A DNA stretch of 40,869 nucleotides from contig RBNJ01000116.1 of assembly GCA_003990765.1 (NCBI GenBank), forward strand, positions 1 through 40,869, read 5' to 3'. This document shows positions 23,170-34,639 of the stretch, in pieces (position 1 is the first letter of the stretch; each line of letters opens with the position of its first letter). The position numbers were made by a program, and so were the translations under genes. The stretch is from Jimgerdemannia flammicorona (taxonomy: Eukaryota). A model generated the notes under the pieces. That model was given only the letters and a program-made list of their open reading frames with translations, searched no databases and had not been told where the DNA came from.

Positions 23170-25303
23170 ATGAGCAAACAAAACAGCAGGCCTTAATTTC
23201 ATATATTGGTCCAGTCTACTCATTTTTCACCCTATAATAATCATCAAAAGAGAGAGTATTCGAGGTGGAAATGCACTCTCTGCTGACAATGTTAGATTCT
23301 TTCTCATATGGACAGCATACAAGCTGCTCATCGAGAGCCAAAGGAGTGATGGCAGTAGTGATGGCAATGGCAATGGTGATGGTGGGGATAAGGGAGAATT
23401 CTGGCAACAACTCATGGTGGCCCTTCAGACCTTGAAATTCACAGACCTCACAGCTATATATATAGTAGCCTTTTTGGAGCAGCCGATAGTAGATGTAGGT
23501 TGCTCACTTGGCTACCACTTGTTTACTTGTATTTATTTAAACTTCTTCAGTACGACTCAATTTACCTCATACTTTTCTTAGGATTCACAGCTCTATGGTA
23601 AGATCTGCTGACTTTATTCGCAATATCTGGTCAAGATGAAGAAAGGCTGGCAGACGTTGCAGGGCATGCCTTTGGTGACTGAGCTATTAAGTCAATGCAT
23701 TATATGGTAGAGGTCTCAAAAGGAATAGAAGCAAGCCTTCATGAGCAATCTTATACAACACATGCAACTCATTAGTATGTAACTCATTGGCATGCAGCTT
23801 ACTCACTTACTCACTCATGCTCTTTTTCTGAAATACCCATCTTCATATTTTATTTAATTTCATTTTTATGTGGTCTCCTCCTAAAAAAACATCTACATCC
23901 ACATGCAACCTGTCTGCATGCAACCCACCTACACATGACCTGTCCACATACAATCTGCCTGCATACAATCTGCCCATGTACAACCTGCCCACAACCCACC
24001 TGCACACAACCCACCTGCACACAACCTGTCTGCATGCAACCCATCCACATACTTATTTTGGTCCCTCAGATCAGGGCTCAGTTCTATTGGAAAGGAGAGT
24101 TCAAAGTTACCCAAGTTCAACCACATCCAGTGTCTGATCAAATAGAGAAATTTGAGGGCAAGATGTTCAGCATAAGCAGTACCAGCATCATCATCAAGGC
24201 TTGGGGGTCTACATTCGAATCAGAGCCAATTGTACTCGACCAAGGGGTCTATTGGCCAGCAGGAGTAACCAATGATGAAGAGAACCATATCTTTATTAAT
24301 GAATATAGAGAGGTGGTTGCAATGGTGGTAAGAAACCTCTATAGTGATGAGCTTCACTGCCACATTAATGAGATTTGCAAGGATTGCATCAAATACTGGG
24401 TAGCAGGAAAGAGGGGGTGAAAAAAGCAAGGAGGGGGGGTTTGGATGAGAATTGGGTATACTGCAATACTGGCGAAGGGTGGGTTCTGGAGTTCTGAAAT
24501 CCCTCGCACTTGTCTCCCTTTTTTTTTTAACTCCTCCCCAGATAAATCACACTCTTTGCCAATATACTCTTTTTGATACAATTCTAGGAATATACAAGAT
24601 TCTGTACCTCTATCAGAACTTTAGAAGTGCCATTGAAGAGCAAACTGTATATGAGCATAATATAGCCTATGTGGCGATTGTGGCTATGATCTGGAGTTTT
24701 TTGAGCAGATTGGTAGAGCATATGGCAGGCCAGCTTGGTGGTGATCTCAGTGTGACTGTATGTATATTCTTGGCACAATTTAGCATGCCATATGAGGTGA
24801 GGAGCTCAACTTTTTTGGGGTGCTGTAGTTTGGGGAGTTTCTGCCCCCCTACATGTAAAAAGAACTGACCAGTTGCCATCTATTTCAGCAGGTTTCTAAG
24901 CTGGGGCTCCCAGGGCTAGACCAAGGGCAGATATCCACCAGTACAGCCTGGTAGTATGAGGTTCTGGGCCAAGAGTTCACTCAACTGTATGCTTATGTCA
25001 TATCAGGATACATCAGATACAACCTTTCTCTGCCCATACATACAGACTACAATGTCACCCCAGTAATGTTTTATATTTCAGAAAGAAAGGGCCCAATCTG
25101 AGAGGATAGCAGCAGAGTCTGGTATGACCTCATCTATGGTTTTAGGGTTCCGTTTGTAGCTAATATGGCCATCCTATTCCAACCACATGACCACTACAGT
25201 ACTGTCACCTTCGAGAAGAGCTCAGACACAACAGTTGTTGTATTTACAATAGATAATAGGCTCATCAAGGCCTGGGATCAGTGGGTGGAGCAGTTTTTGT
25301 GAG
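23170..25303 (+). pseudogene. Multi-exon gene of unknown function inside the hAT interval (approximate model)
   Basis: Repeated GT..AG introns with pyrimidine tracts and CTRAY branch sites (e.g. 23495-23550, 24797-24888, 25121-25199). Stop-free phase-0 exons 24070-~24399 and 24542-24796. Confidence 0.55.
23900..24050. repeat. 15-bp minisatellite (TGCACACAACCCACC-like) x~10, intronic
   Basis: Directly visible; explains the CTQPT/CVQVG periodic ORFs. Confidence 0.85.
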
Positions 25304-25420
25304 GGTTAGACAATCTTTTGTGAGGGTTAGGCAATCTTTTGTAAGGGTTAGGCAATCTTTCATGAGGGTTAGGCAGCCATTTTGTGTGGGTTAGGCAGTC
25401 TTATGTGGGGGGGATTGGGC
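25294..25420. repeat. 21-bp tandem repeat TTTTGTGAGGGTTAGGCAATC x~5
   Basis: Directly visible. Confidence 0.9.
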
Positions 25421-25632
25421 TGGGCACCTCTTATGTAGTACTAGCTTAGCCATTATGTAGGGCCCTGCTGGCCCCTTGGCCCTGCTCTGTAGTGCTACTG
25501 GTGCAGTACTGCAGTGCAGGGCTGGGGTGCCCGTGGGACCCAAACTGGTGACTTCAACTACTGAAAATGCCCTCCAACTACCAGAAGCACCCTCTGACTG
25601 CCAGAAGCACCCTCTACCCCAAACTCCTTAGT

Positions 25633-26096
25633 GGCTTGGGGCTGCCCCTATGCCACTAGCAGAGGGCTGCAAATTTTGCACACTCTCTCTGCCTGCCTCA
25701 CCCATCCTGAACACTTACAGCTTGGGGCTACTCCTTGCTGCCAGTGGAGGGCCACAAATTTTGTATGCTCCCTCTGCTGACCCTGTGCCTGCCAACCCAC
25801 CAACTGACCCTACCCACTGACCCAGATGCTGTCCTGGGTGCTGACAGCTTGGGGTTGCCCCTTGCTGCTAGCAGAGGGTTGCAAATTTTGCATGCTTCCT
25901 CCACCTACCCCCCTGACCTGGACACTTACAGCTTGGGGCTGCTTCTTGCTACTAGTGGAGGGCCACAAATTTTGTATGCTCCCTCTACTGACCCATCGAC
26001 CTGCCTACCATCCTGCCCACTGACCTAGGTACTGGCAGCTTGGAGCTGCCCCTTGCTGCTGGCTGAGGGCCACAAATATTGCACGCTCCCTCTGCC
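25633..26096. repeat. Five ~55-bp hairpin-forming repeats in a higher-order (A-B-A-B-) array
   Basis: AGCTTGGGGCTGCCCCTTGCTGCYAG..GAGGGCYRCAAATTTTGYAYGCTCCCTC at ~25633, 25719, 25846, 25930 and 26037. Confidence 0.88.
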
Positions 26097-26233
26097 ACTG
26101 CTGCCAACCCCACCCCACTTAGGTCGCAAACTCCAGGCTGAGTCCTCAGGTTTTTTTTTCCTTTTTTATTATTTTTGAAAAGGAGTTAAATATTCCACAA
26201 GGCCAACCAACTTATCTGCAGACCCATCAAATT

Positions 26234-27121
26234 TTAGCAGCCCAAGCCCCACCAAGACTTCAGACACATATATACCCAGATTATCTCAGTATTTAGCATA
26301 TACCTCTTTGGAGCAATGAGGTCTACCTTACCTGAGAACACCTGCTTGATGGGAGTGCTGGAGATAGGAATCACTAGATAGTTCTGAGCTATACCACACA
26401 GGCTGGGAAAGTCCATTTGATGCAGCTGCACACCCTGGTGGATAGAGCAGTAGTTAGATTGGTGGGTTAAATTGGCCCAACACCCACCTGACAACCCACC
26501 TTTCACCAGTTGAGCATCTCCATGCCCTCCAGCAGAACCATGCAGTTACTGGTGAGGTAAATGCTAAGTTCATCTATTGATGGCAGCTCTTCCACTGATG
26601 GCTCTCTCTTCCTCTTTCTACTAAAGTAAATGTGGGACAAGAGGGATCCCTCAGCATATTTGTCTAGACTTCAGCCAAAACCTTGTGGTGGTGCATAGTT
26701 TTTCCAGTATACTTTGATTATGGCCTACTTGGTTCTCTCAATGAAGTACTGCTCCCAGCCCTGATCTTTATGGTATTGTAGCTTTAAGCATAGGTCCAGC
26801 ACTGTTCAAAGAAAAGAAGAGTGAGTTTTTGTGAAGTTTTCTCTATTTTGGAAGGGGCAATGGCCACATGCCGACATCGACATACCTGTACTGATTGAGT
26901 ATACAGTGGTATCTGTTTGGGAGTAGTATTTTCTGAGCTTGCTTAGAGCAACCTCCATGATATCTCTCTGATCTTAGCTTAACTGTAAATCACCACAATC
27001 CTTCAGCCTGTCCTCGAGCTTGTCCTCTAGCTGGTCAATCAGAAGGTTGTATACTGATATCACAGAGCTTATTGTCGGGGTTGTTTGTTTGACTATATCC
27101 TTTATATAATCATCGAAACAC
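26234..27121 (-). pseudogene. hAT transposase C-terminal exons including the dimerization domain
   Basis: PTISSVISVYNLL, ALSKLRKYY, intron GTATGT..AACAG, VLDLCLKLQY (LDPRxK), FPSLCGIAQNYLVIPISSTPIKQVFS..KR..L..MCLKSW. Confidence 0.9.
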
Positions 27122-27201
27122 TGATAGTTATATGTGGTGAGATATTACATTGTATGGAGGCAGACAAAACAAGTGTGAAGTCAGAGCAACCACCACTTAT
27201 A

Positions 27202-27556
27202 GTCCAATTTGTAGTAGATAATTTCGGCTGTGGGAGTCTCTGCTTTGATATTTGCAACTACCTTTTCGGCGGCGGCGAGGTCGCGGGCGCTGAAGATAAT
27301 TTTGGCACCGTGCTTGGCCAAGACACGTACACTTTCCTCGCCTGTGAAGATGCCAATTTTATGCGTCAATTATCATTTCGAAGAAAATGGAGTTTTTCTT
27401 TAAAGAAAACGTATATGGCAAAAGTGAGTATTACACACCAAGGCCGGAGGTGCCGCCAGTGATGAGAAAGGTTTTTCCCTGGACGTCGATATCATCGCGG
27501 GAGAGAACTACCTCAGCGGTGGTGCGGTAGCCGGCGGGTTCGGTGTTAGCGGACAT
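27202..27556 (-). pseudogene. 3'-truncated short-chain dehydrogenase/reductase (retinol-DH/WWOX-like)
   Basis: Exon 1 27556-27439 and exon 2 27341-~27202, with intron 27438-27342 (GTGTGT..CACAG). Reads MSAN..TTAEVV..GKTFLITGGTSGLGEESVRVLAKHGAKIIFSARD..KLD (TGxxxGxG Rossmann motif). No YxxxK region follows. Confidence 0.9.
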
Positions 27557-28000
27557 CGTTGTTGCTAGATTGGAGTGGAAATAGCACGACCATTTAATAT
27601 ACGTCCACTTTTAAAGTTACCTCTGGTGGACTAAAGAAACCGGACGTCACACAGGAGGAAAGTCACTTTTTAAGCGGTCACCTCATTTATCCATATGCCG
27701 AAATGTGACGCATACTACCGATGACGCGGCCCTGAACCACGGGAAGCGGCATTAATATTGCCGTTATTTTCAAATTCTAAACTGATCTGGTATCAAGGTG
27801 ACGCTTTCCACGATCTTCCAAGCTTCAAAGTCCCAGCGCCTGCGGCTACGCCTCATGAAATGCGAACTTGACTACCAACCCCAATTCTTTTTAGACACCC
27901 AGATCTTTAGGATATCATGTGATTCTAAGCTACACAGCCTAGAATCACATGATCACCAATGGCGTCCGTACTCCACCTATCTTTGAGGCCCACTTACACA
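27557..28000 (-). promoter_or_regulatory. Putative SDR promoter / single-copy CpG-retaining DNA
   Basis: CpG abundant, unlike the flanks; TATATTAAA on the minus strand ~40 nt upstream of the ATG. Confidence 0.5.
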
Positions 28001-28199
28001 AATATTTTTTTCCAAAAACAGCTTCATTTAATTGTAGGAAAACTAATTAACTATAAATCTACAAGCTCTTTTTAAATATTTTAAAGGATAAGGTTTTGAA
28101 GATCTTATTATTGATTAATAATGTTTTAAATTACTGCTATAATATAACTTGTTAAGTAGTCATAATCATGATCTAAAAAGAAATGTTTGACCATTGTCT

Positions 28200-29436
28200 G
28201 CTTATTGCTCACTGTCTTTCATTACTATATATCTTACTATATAATATATTTAATCTTAAATAAGTATTAAATATTATTGAGATAGTAACTTGATATATTA
28301 GTATATAACTTTATTTCATTATATTAGTTTTACATCATTCATCAATAATATGTGAAATATATAACTTACATATTTTGAATAAATTACTTCTTCTATTCAT
28401 CACTATAAAGATTATAAGCTCTGATTAGTGGCTAGAAACTTCTCTAGTATATATACTATACTGTAAAATATATAAGTATATATATTAAGTATAAGTATCT
28501 AATAATAGAAAATATAGTCCTGTTGTAAGTACAAATGAACATAGTCATTAACAGCTCAGGTACAGTGAGGAAGTCTGCTAAGATAGTGATATTGAAGTTC
28601 TCTCTGATGGCAGAAGATAATTACAACAAAGATATCTACTTAGATATTAGAGGTAAAGTCTCTCTAGTAGTAGAAATAACTATAAAGTTCTCTAAAGTAG
28701 CAAAGGTAATTATAATAACAAAGTTCTCTCTGGTGATAGAGGTAATTCTCCCAGATGGTAGGTGAAGTTCTCTTAAGATAGTGGGTGATTATACTAGTCC
28801 AGATAGTTAAGGTAATGAATGAAAATAGAAAAGCCTTTTATAGCTTTTATAGATATAACAAATAATAATAAAATTAGTAAAAATATAGTAAACAAGATCA
28901 ATAAAACTGATATAGTCATTAATGAGACTAACAAGATCAGAAATATGGTCAGCAATAAGGCAGAGCTGATAAGACTATAGAAAAGACCAATGAGATCAAT
29001 ATAGCTAATATATATAAGTATCTATATCTAATAGAGATAATAGCAATAAGAAAGTCTTCTATAACTTTTACAAATAAGGTCAAAAGTATAGTCAGGTTAA
29101 GTTTGAAGATAATTTTGACTACTGTAGAAAATATAGATACTATAAATATAAATACTATAAAAAGAAACAAGAGAAACATAGTAATAATAATTATTATAAG
29201 AAATATATAAGACAGTATAGCAATAATATTATTATAGTAATAGAGACCAGTATAGTAGCTATATAATCTATACTAATAATAGTATATTTATTATATAAGT
29301 AACATTCATACAAGTAATATTTATATAAATAACCAGTATTAGTTCTACTATTGACCTAATATCTATATATAAACTCTAGTCAGCTATATGCTTTTATACA
29401 TACTAATAAAAGTAGTGATGTCTATAGTACAGATAG

Positions 29437-29473
<37 letters not shown>

Positions 29474-30350
29474 GTCTCTTGGACTGTAGTACAGATAGTA
29501 CTATCAACTATATATTTAGTAAAAGTATAAATATAGCTAATGAAAATAAAGATAATATCTAAAAAATAGATTTGACATAATATAATATATAATATTATAC
29601 TATATATATAAGGAATAATAGTTAGTACTAATAAAATAATCTATAGACCTATTTGATGATAATTTTCAATTATCAAAAAATAGATATAAATCTAGAGTTT
29701 GAACAATAAGGCAGAAATATTCTATTACTAAAAAATTAATAAAAATAACAATGATTAAGCAGAGATATTAATATAATATCTATAATTAATAATATCTATA
29801 ATATCTACTTCTATAATACTAACTAATCTATAACTAGAAAACAATATTATATAATTAGATTGTCTCTCTATAATAGATATAATAATAGTCTTATAAGTAG
29901 TTGATCATAAGACTTTTTAGATACATATATATGCAAAAGTCTCTTACTATATATAATATTTACATTATTTTTTTATTTATATTATCTATATATATCTTAT
30001 ATTTTACATTATATTTTCTATAAGTATTTCAGATATTATAGAATAGTTTTAATCTATAAAAATTTTAAAGATAGTTATAATTCTAAATTATATATAATTA
30101 GTTCCAGTTTTTTGTATATATTATATATTACTTTTTATTCTAGTTTATATTAGATATAATTTTTTTTTTTTTTTAGTTTTGATATATATATTTTCTTGAG
30201 CAAGAGTGTTATAATAGCAACTATATATATTATATATGACTTTATCCTATTCTATCAATTCTATATCATTTATCAATAATATATAAAATATATAATTTAT
30301 ATATTTTGAATAAATTACTTCTTTTATTCATCATTATAGATATATTATAA
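28200..30350 (+). mobile_element. Highly decayed, internally deleted Copia-like element
   Basis: Direct repeats ~28330-28410 and ~30260-30340 (LTR-like). Degenerate knuckle KFEDNFDYCRKYRYY at ~29100-29150. 29930-29950 resembles the post-pol sequence of the other Copias. Confidence 0.5.
29441..29483 (-). mobile_element. Ultra-truncated LINE insertion (13 nt plus A30)
   Basis: 19-bp TSD CT(A/G)TAGTACAGATAGTACT at 29422-29440 and 29484-29502. The insert ATAGTCTCTTGGA resembles the LINE-B 3' end ATAGTTACTTAGA. Confidence 0.85.
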
Positions 30351-30842
30351 AGATTAAATATATTTATAATCTTATTTATTTATTCTCTTTTATTATTAGC
30401 TTATATATTATATTAGTTGTTTATTAATATTATGCTATATATATATATTAAAAAAAAAATTAAAAATTTAAAAGATTTCATAGACAAATTTACCTACAAA
30501 AATATACAACCTATTAGTTAAAGAGATATTTAGTTATAGACTATCTGTCATCCAGATTACCAGCTCAATCAGTATTACATATACTAGATAACCTTATAGT
30601 ACTCTCACTTCGTCTCTTATTATTGCAATCCATACTGAGCATATAGTATACCATGCCTTTAATATACTGAAAAATATTCATAATTGCTATTCAATAGATA
30701 TTATTATAGCAGAATGAGTATTGTGCCACTTTATTGACTATATACAATATATTAGACCTCATCTCAAGTACAAGATATATCAGAGATTACAATGCTTATC
30801 AATAGAGAATATTATTATCTTTAAGTATAGTATTACTAGACT

Positions 30843-30899
<57 letters not shown>

Positions 30900-30995
30900 G
30901 TTACTTAGACTTCTTTATTTAGACTATCTAAAATGCTATTACAATGAAATTAACCATATCCGCTATAGTAATATATCATATTTAAGTAAGTTTGG

Positions 30996-33900
30996 TCACC
31001 CAACTCCTTTCTTCCATCTGATTCCATACTCCTCTAACACCAGGTGCCCTTGGCTTTGCTGAATAATGTCCTGTACTTTCCGTAAGGTCTCTGGCTGAAG
31101 CTGTCTCCCCTGATACCACCACTCTTATACCATCTCTTGAAAAAGCCCCTTCTATTGCTCCACCAGCTCGCTAATCTCTAACTATGGGTCTCACTTAAAC
31201 ACCCAATTCCAGTGTACTGCCATCAGAACCCAGACCCCCAGGACTTGACCTAAGCCCCCCCAGATATCTCCTATCTTTCCCACCAGCCAGCGCTTGACTA
31301 CCAGACTGACAGGATCTCTAGTTCTTCTGCCAGTTGAGTGCCAGTAATCTTCCAAGCATTGCCAGAACCCTTCTACACCAGGGCAGGCTGCCAGAATATG
31401 CTCTGATGACTGAACTACTCCACCATCTACCTCACTGTACTACTTACAGTCCTGACAGCCATCTATCTCCATCCATCCTATCCAATACCCCAGCATCACA
31501 TTTCTCCTCAGGAAGTACCACCATATAACCCAGTACTTAGGGGATACCACCTTGAGCAAGGTATCTCCCCAACTCTAGATTCAGTCCCACTCTCAGCCTT
31601 CACCCAATCCTGCCTTCTGCCAACCTACCAGCCATCTCTCCAGAGGGCCCGATCTGATCCACTCCATCACCTCAATCAATGAGTACTCCTTCAGACTATG
31701 ACCACTAATACAGAGGTCCCCCATTCACCACCATCTCTGCTCAGGATCCTTACCATCCTCCATCTCTGGCCCTGCCAACCCCATGGCCAGCCAGGCCTCC
31801 ACCATATCCCACCAGAATCTCTTATACCACAGTCAACTGATATTTCCAACCTGAAGCAAACCCTGCATATCCTTCTAAACCTCACCATGGGGGCAGAACT
31901 GAATCTTCCAATTGTCCATTGTCAGCCTACCCCAACCCCCTTCTCCTATCTCTGCCAATTGACACCCCCACCAACCTCTAAGTACCTTCAGCCATTACCT
32001 GAAGTCCACCAACCCCAGGCCGCCATCCATTGTCCACATCACTAGTGCATCCCATCCAATCTGTAGCTGTTTCCCATACCATAACCAGCCTTCTACAATC
32101 TTCTTCAGCTGCTGCACTACCCATCCTGGAAAGTCTAAGTGATACCCTAGATACCACAATTTAGGCAGCCAATATATATTCAAGACCACAATCCTACCAA
32201 CCAAGGAGAAACTCCTTCCAGACCAACCAGTCAAAGCATCTTCCAACTTCTGAATTGTACCACTCCACCACTCCTTTAGCAGGACTATCCCATATACTGA
32301 GAACTAAATATCTAAATATCGAACAGTACTTCTAGTAGCCACCAATTGTCCAAATTGTCTATGTTCTCCCAGACTGGCATCAAGTTCCATTATCTCACAC
32401 TTGCCCCAGTTCAGCTTCACCCCTGCCAGTCTCTCATACTGTCCAACCCCTTCCTGTAAGAGGTCCATGTCCTCCATGCTACCTAACCCAACCACCATAT
32501 CATCTACAAATACACTCAGTTTCCATACTACACCACCCATCTGCAGTCCAGAAAGCCACCCCTTCAGCCATACCAGCAATGGCTCCAGAGAGAATATGTA
32601 AAGGAGGGGAGAGAGAGGATCTCCCTGTAGTATACCACATCCCAAAGCAAACTCTAGGCCACTCCACTCATTCATCATAACTGCCACTCTGCATCCCCAT
32701 ACTAAGCCCATCAATCTCCCTGCTTCTGCTGCTCCAAATCCAACCTTTCTCAGAACAGTCTCTAAGTATATCTACTGTACTCTGTCATATGCCTTCTCTT
32801 GGTCCAGGAAAACCATCCTGCTATCCACCTACTGGCTCCTACAGCTTTCTAAGACATTCTGCACCCAAGCTGTACTATCTCTGATCTGCCTTCCTTTGAC
32901 AAAGCCTCACTGCTCTTCACCAACCAGCATGCCCATATACTGCTGCATTCTTCCTGCTAGAATCTTCAAGACCAGCTTTCTATCCACATTCAGTAGCATA
33001 ATAGGCCACCAATTCTACCACACCCACTGATCACCCTTTTCCTTATATAGGAGGGAAACTAATCCCAAGGAACCATTGCCAATCCAGCTGCCCTCCTTCA
33101 GAACAAAGTTGGCCATCTCTACCAACCAGCTGCCAAACTCTGCCTTGAACTCCTTCCAGAATTCCCAGGGCAACTCATCCTCCCCAGGGGACGAACCAGC
33201 CTGTGTCTTCTGCAATATCTCCAAAACTTCATCCAAAGACACTTCTCTCATCATCACCCTCCCTATCTTAGGTATTTCTGCTACTGGCCAAGTGTCTACC
33301 ATATTGCCATTATCCTCCCCAGATACCACATTCTCTTCATACTCCCCTCCATCCTGCCAGAGAGCCTGCCATTGTCCTGAGACCTCTCCCAACATATCAG
33401 CAATCTCTGTGACCTCCATTCCATCTTTGTACAGTACAGAGGCCCAACTGTGTTGCACCCTTCTGGCCTTCAAGATCCCAGACAGATATTTAGTTGGTCT
33501 CTCACCCTCCTCCAACTGCCTCACCCGTAGTCTAGCAAGTAGACCATCTACTACCCTATCCTCAACAGCCCTCAATTCAGTCTATAGCTCTGCCACCTCC
33601 ACTGCCAACTGGCGGCACTTCTTTCCAGACAGGTTCCCCCCTTCCATTAGCTTCAATCACCACCTCAGCTTCTTTTCGACCCTCCTTGCCTTATCCTTCT
33701 GCTCCTTTCCAGCTACTTCACCAATATCTCTCCAATAAGTACCAGCCAAATGTTTGAATTTACCCCACCATTCTGCTATTAACTGCCTATCATTCTGCCA
33801 CCATGTTTCTTCCTGTTACACAATGGCCACAAACTGATCTCTTTCCTTCTTTCTCCTGAGTAAAGCTATGTTGAGACACCAGCACCCACCACTACTGTTT

Positions 33901-34628
33901 GCCACTTAAAATCTGCCACATATCTCCACTTCCCAATGATCTGACCAAGGGCACCAACACACCTCAGCAACATCTAGTACATTACCCCAATACTTAGCTA
34001 CCAGCACCCAATCAATTTATGTCCCAACTAATTTATCTCCCACTGAGTGCTACTGGGTTAATGGTCCTGACTCATCTCTCTGATGCCAACAGACACCATC
34101 CACCAGTCTCATATCATGCTCCACCTGAAGCCACTAAGACAGCCCAGGGGAAACTGCTATGCCTGCCCCTCTATCTGACCTGTTCAGTATCCTATCATGC
34201 ACCATATTGAAATCCCCCCCCAGAATGTCCAGTGCCACTACCTCCCAACCTTCCCAAGCCCACCAGTCCTCAACCCATTGCTTTCACTCTCTGCCAACTG
34301 CAGGGAGATAAACCAAGCCTACTGCTAGACCATCATCTGCCCTTCCTTTTAGCCTTCCCCACACCAATCTATCACTATAAACCTTGACCTCCACCAGCTC
34401 ACCTTGACCAACATCAACCAGGATGCCCACCTGCTTGTTCCAACCTGTACCACTATACCATTCTATACTCCACATCTCAAAGTCCTGCTCTCCATATACC
34501 CAAACATCCTGAAGGAAAACAATATCATATCTTCTGACTTTAAGCCATTGAAATAGTTGCCTCTTAATGCCATCACACAACCCATTGATGTTGATTGATA
34601 ATATGTGTAAACTGTTCATCATCATCAA
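30996..34628 (-). pseudogene. LINE-B ORF2 (APE-RT)
   Basis: MNSLHILSININGL, VFLQDV, GGDFN, WSDHW, LEEGERPTKY, SSPGEDELP, FLDQEKAYDRV, ILQGDPLSPLLY, VFVDDM, SLVGRIVVLN. Confidence 0.93.
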
Positions 34629-34639
34629 AGAAATATTTA

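Larger units (their letters stand above)
22822..27200 (-). mobile_element. hAT DNA transposon, 3' portion (one end with subterminal repeats; 5' half missing)
   Basis: TAGTGCTCTGAAC terminus interrupting the gag relic; dense GATCCAGATT / TGGTCCATCTGGAT repeats at 22850-23007; hAT transposase C-terminus at 26234-27121 pointing toward this end. Linking the end to the transposase is inference. Confidence 0.65.

Noticed and set aside
23850-24141. Cys-rich periodic ORFs (CVQVG/CTQPT) resembling metallothionein or keratin-associated proteins
   Set aside because: They are translations of a 15-bp minisatellite that sits upstream of a splice acceptor.
25633-26096. CRISPR-like repeat-spacer appearance
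   Set aside because: Units are long and degenerate, the linkers are homologous to one another, there are no cas genes, and the context is eukaryotic.
27179-27190. TCAGAGCA as the matching right TIR of TAGTGCTCTGA
   Set aside because: Only 8 nt match, the terminal CTA and the 8-bp TSD (ATAACTAC) are absent, and there are no subterminal repeats.
28570-28790. Degenerate AAGTTCTCTCT repeats
   Set aside because: Irregular, decayed minisatellite within a Copia relic; no further structure can be supported.
28949-29179. Membrane-protein-like Ile/Phe/Leu ORFs (also 12414-12764 and 38419-38634)
   Set aside because: Artefacts of AT-shifted, mutated Copia sequence read antisense.
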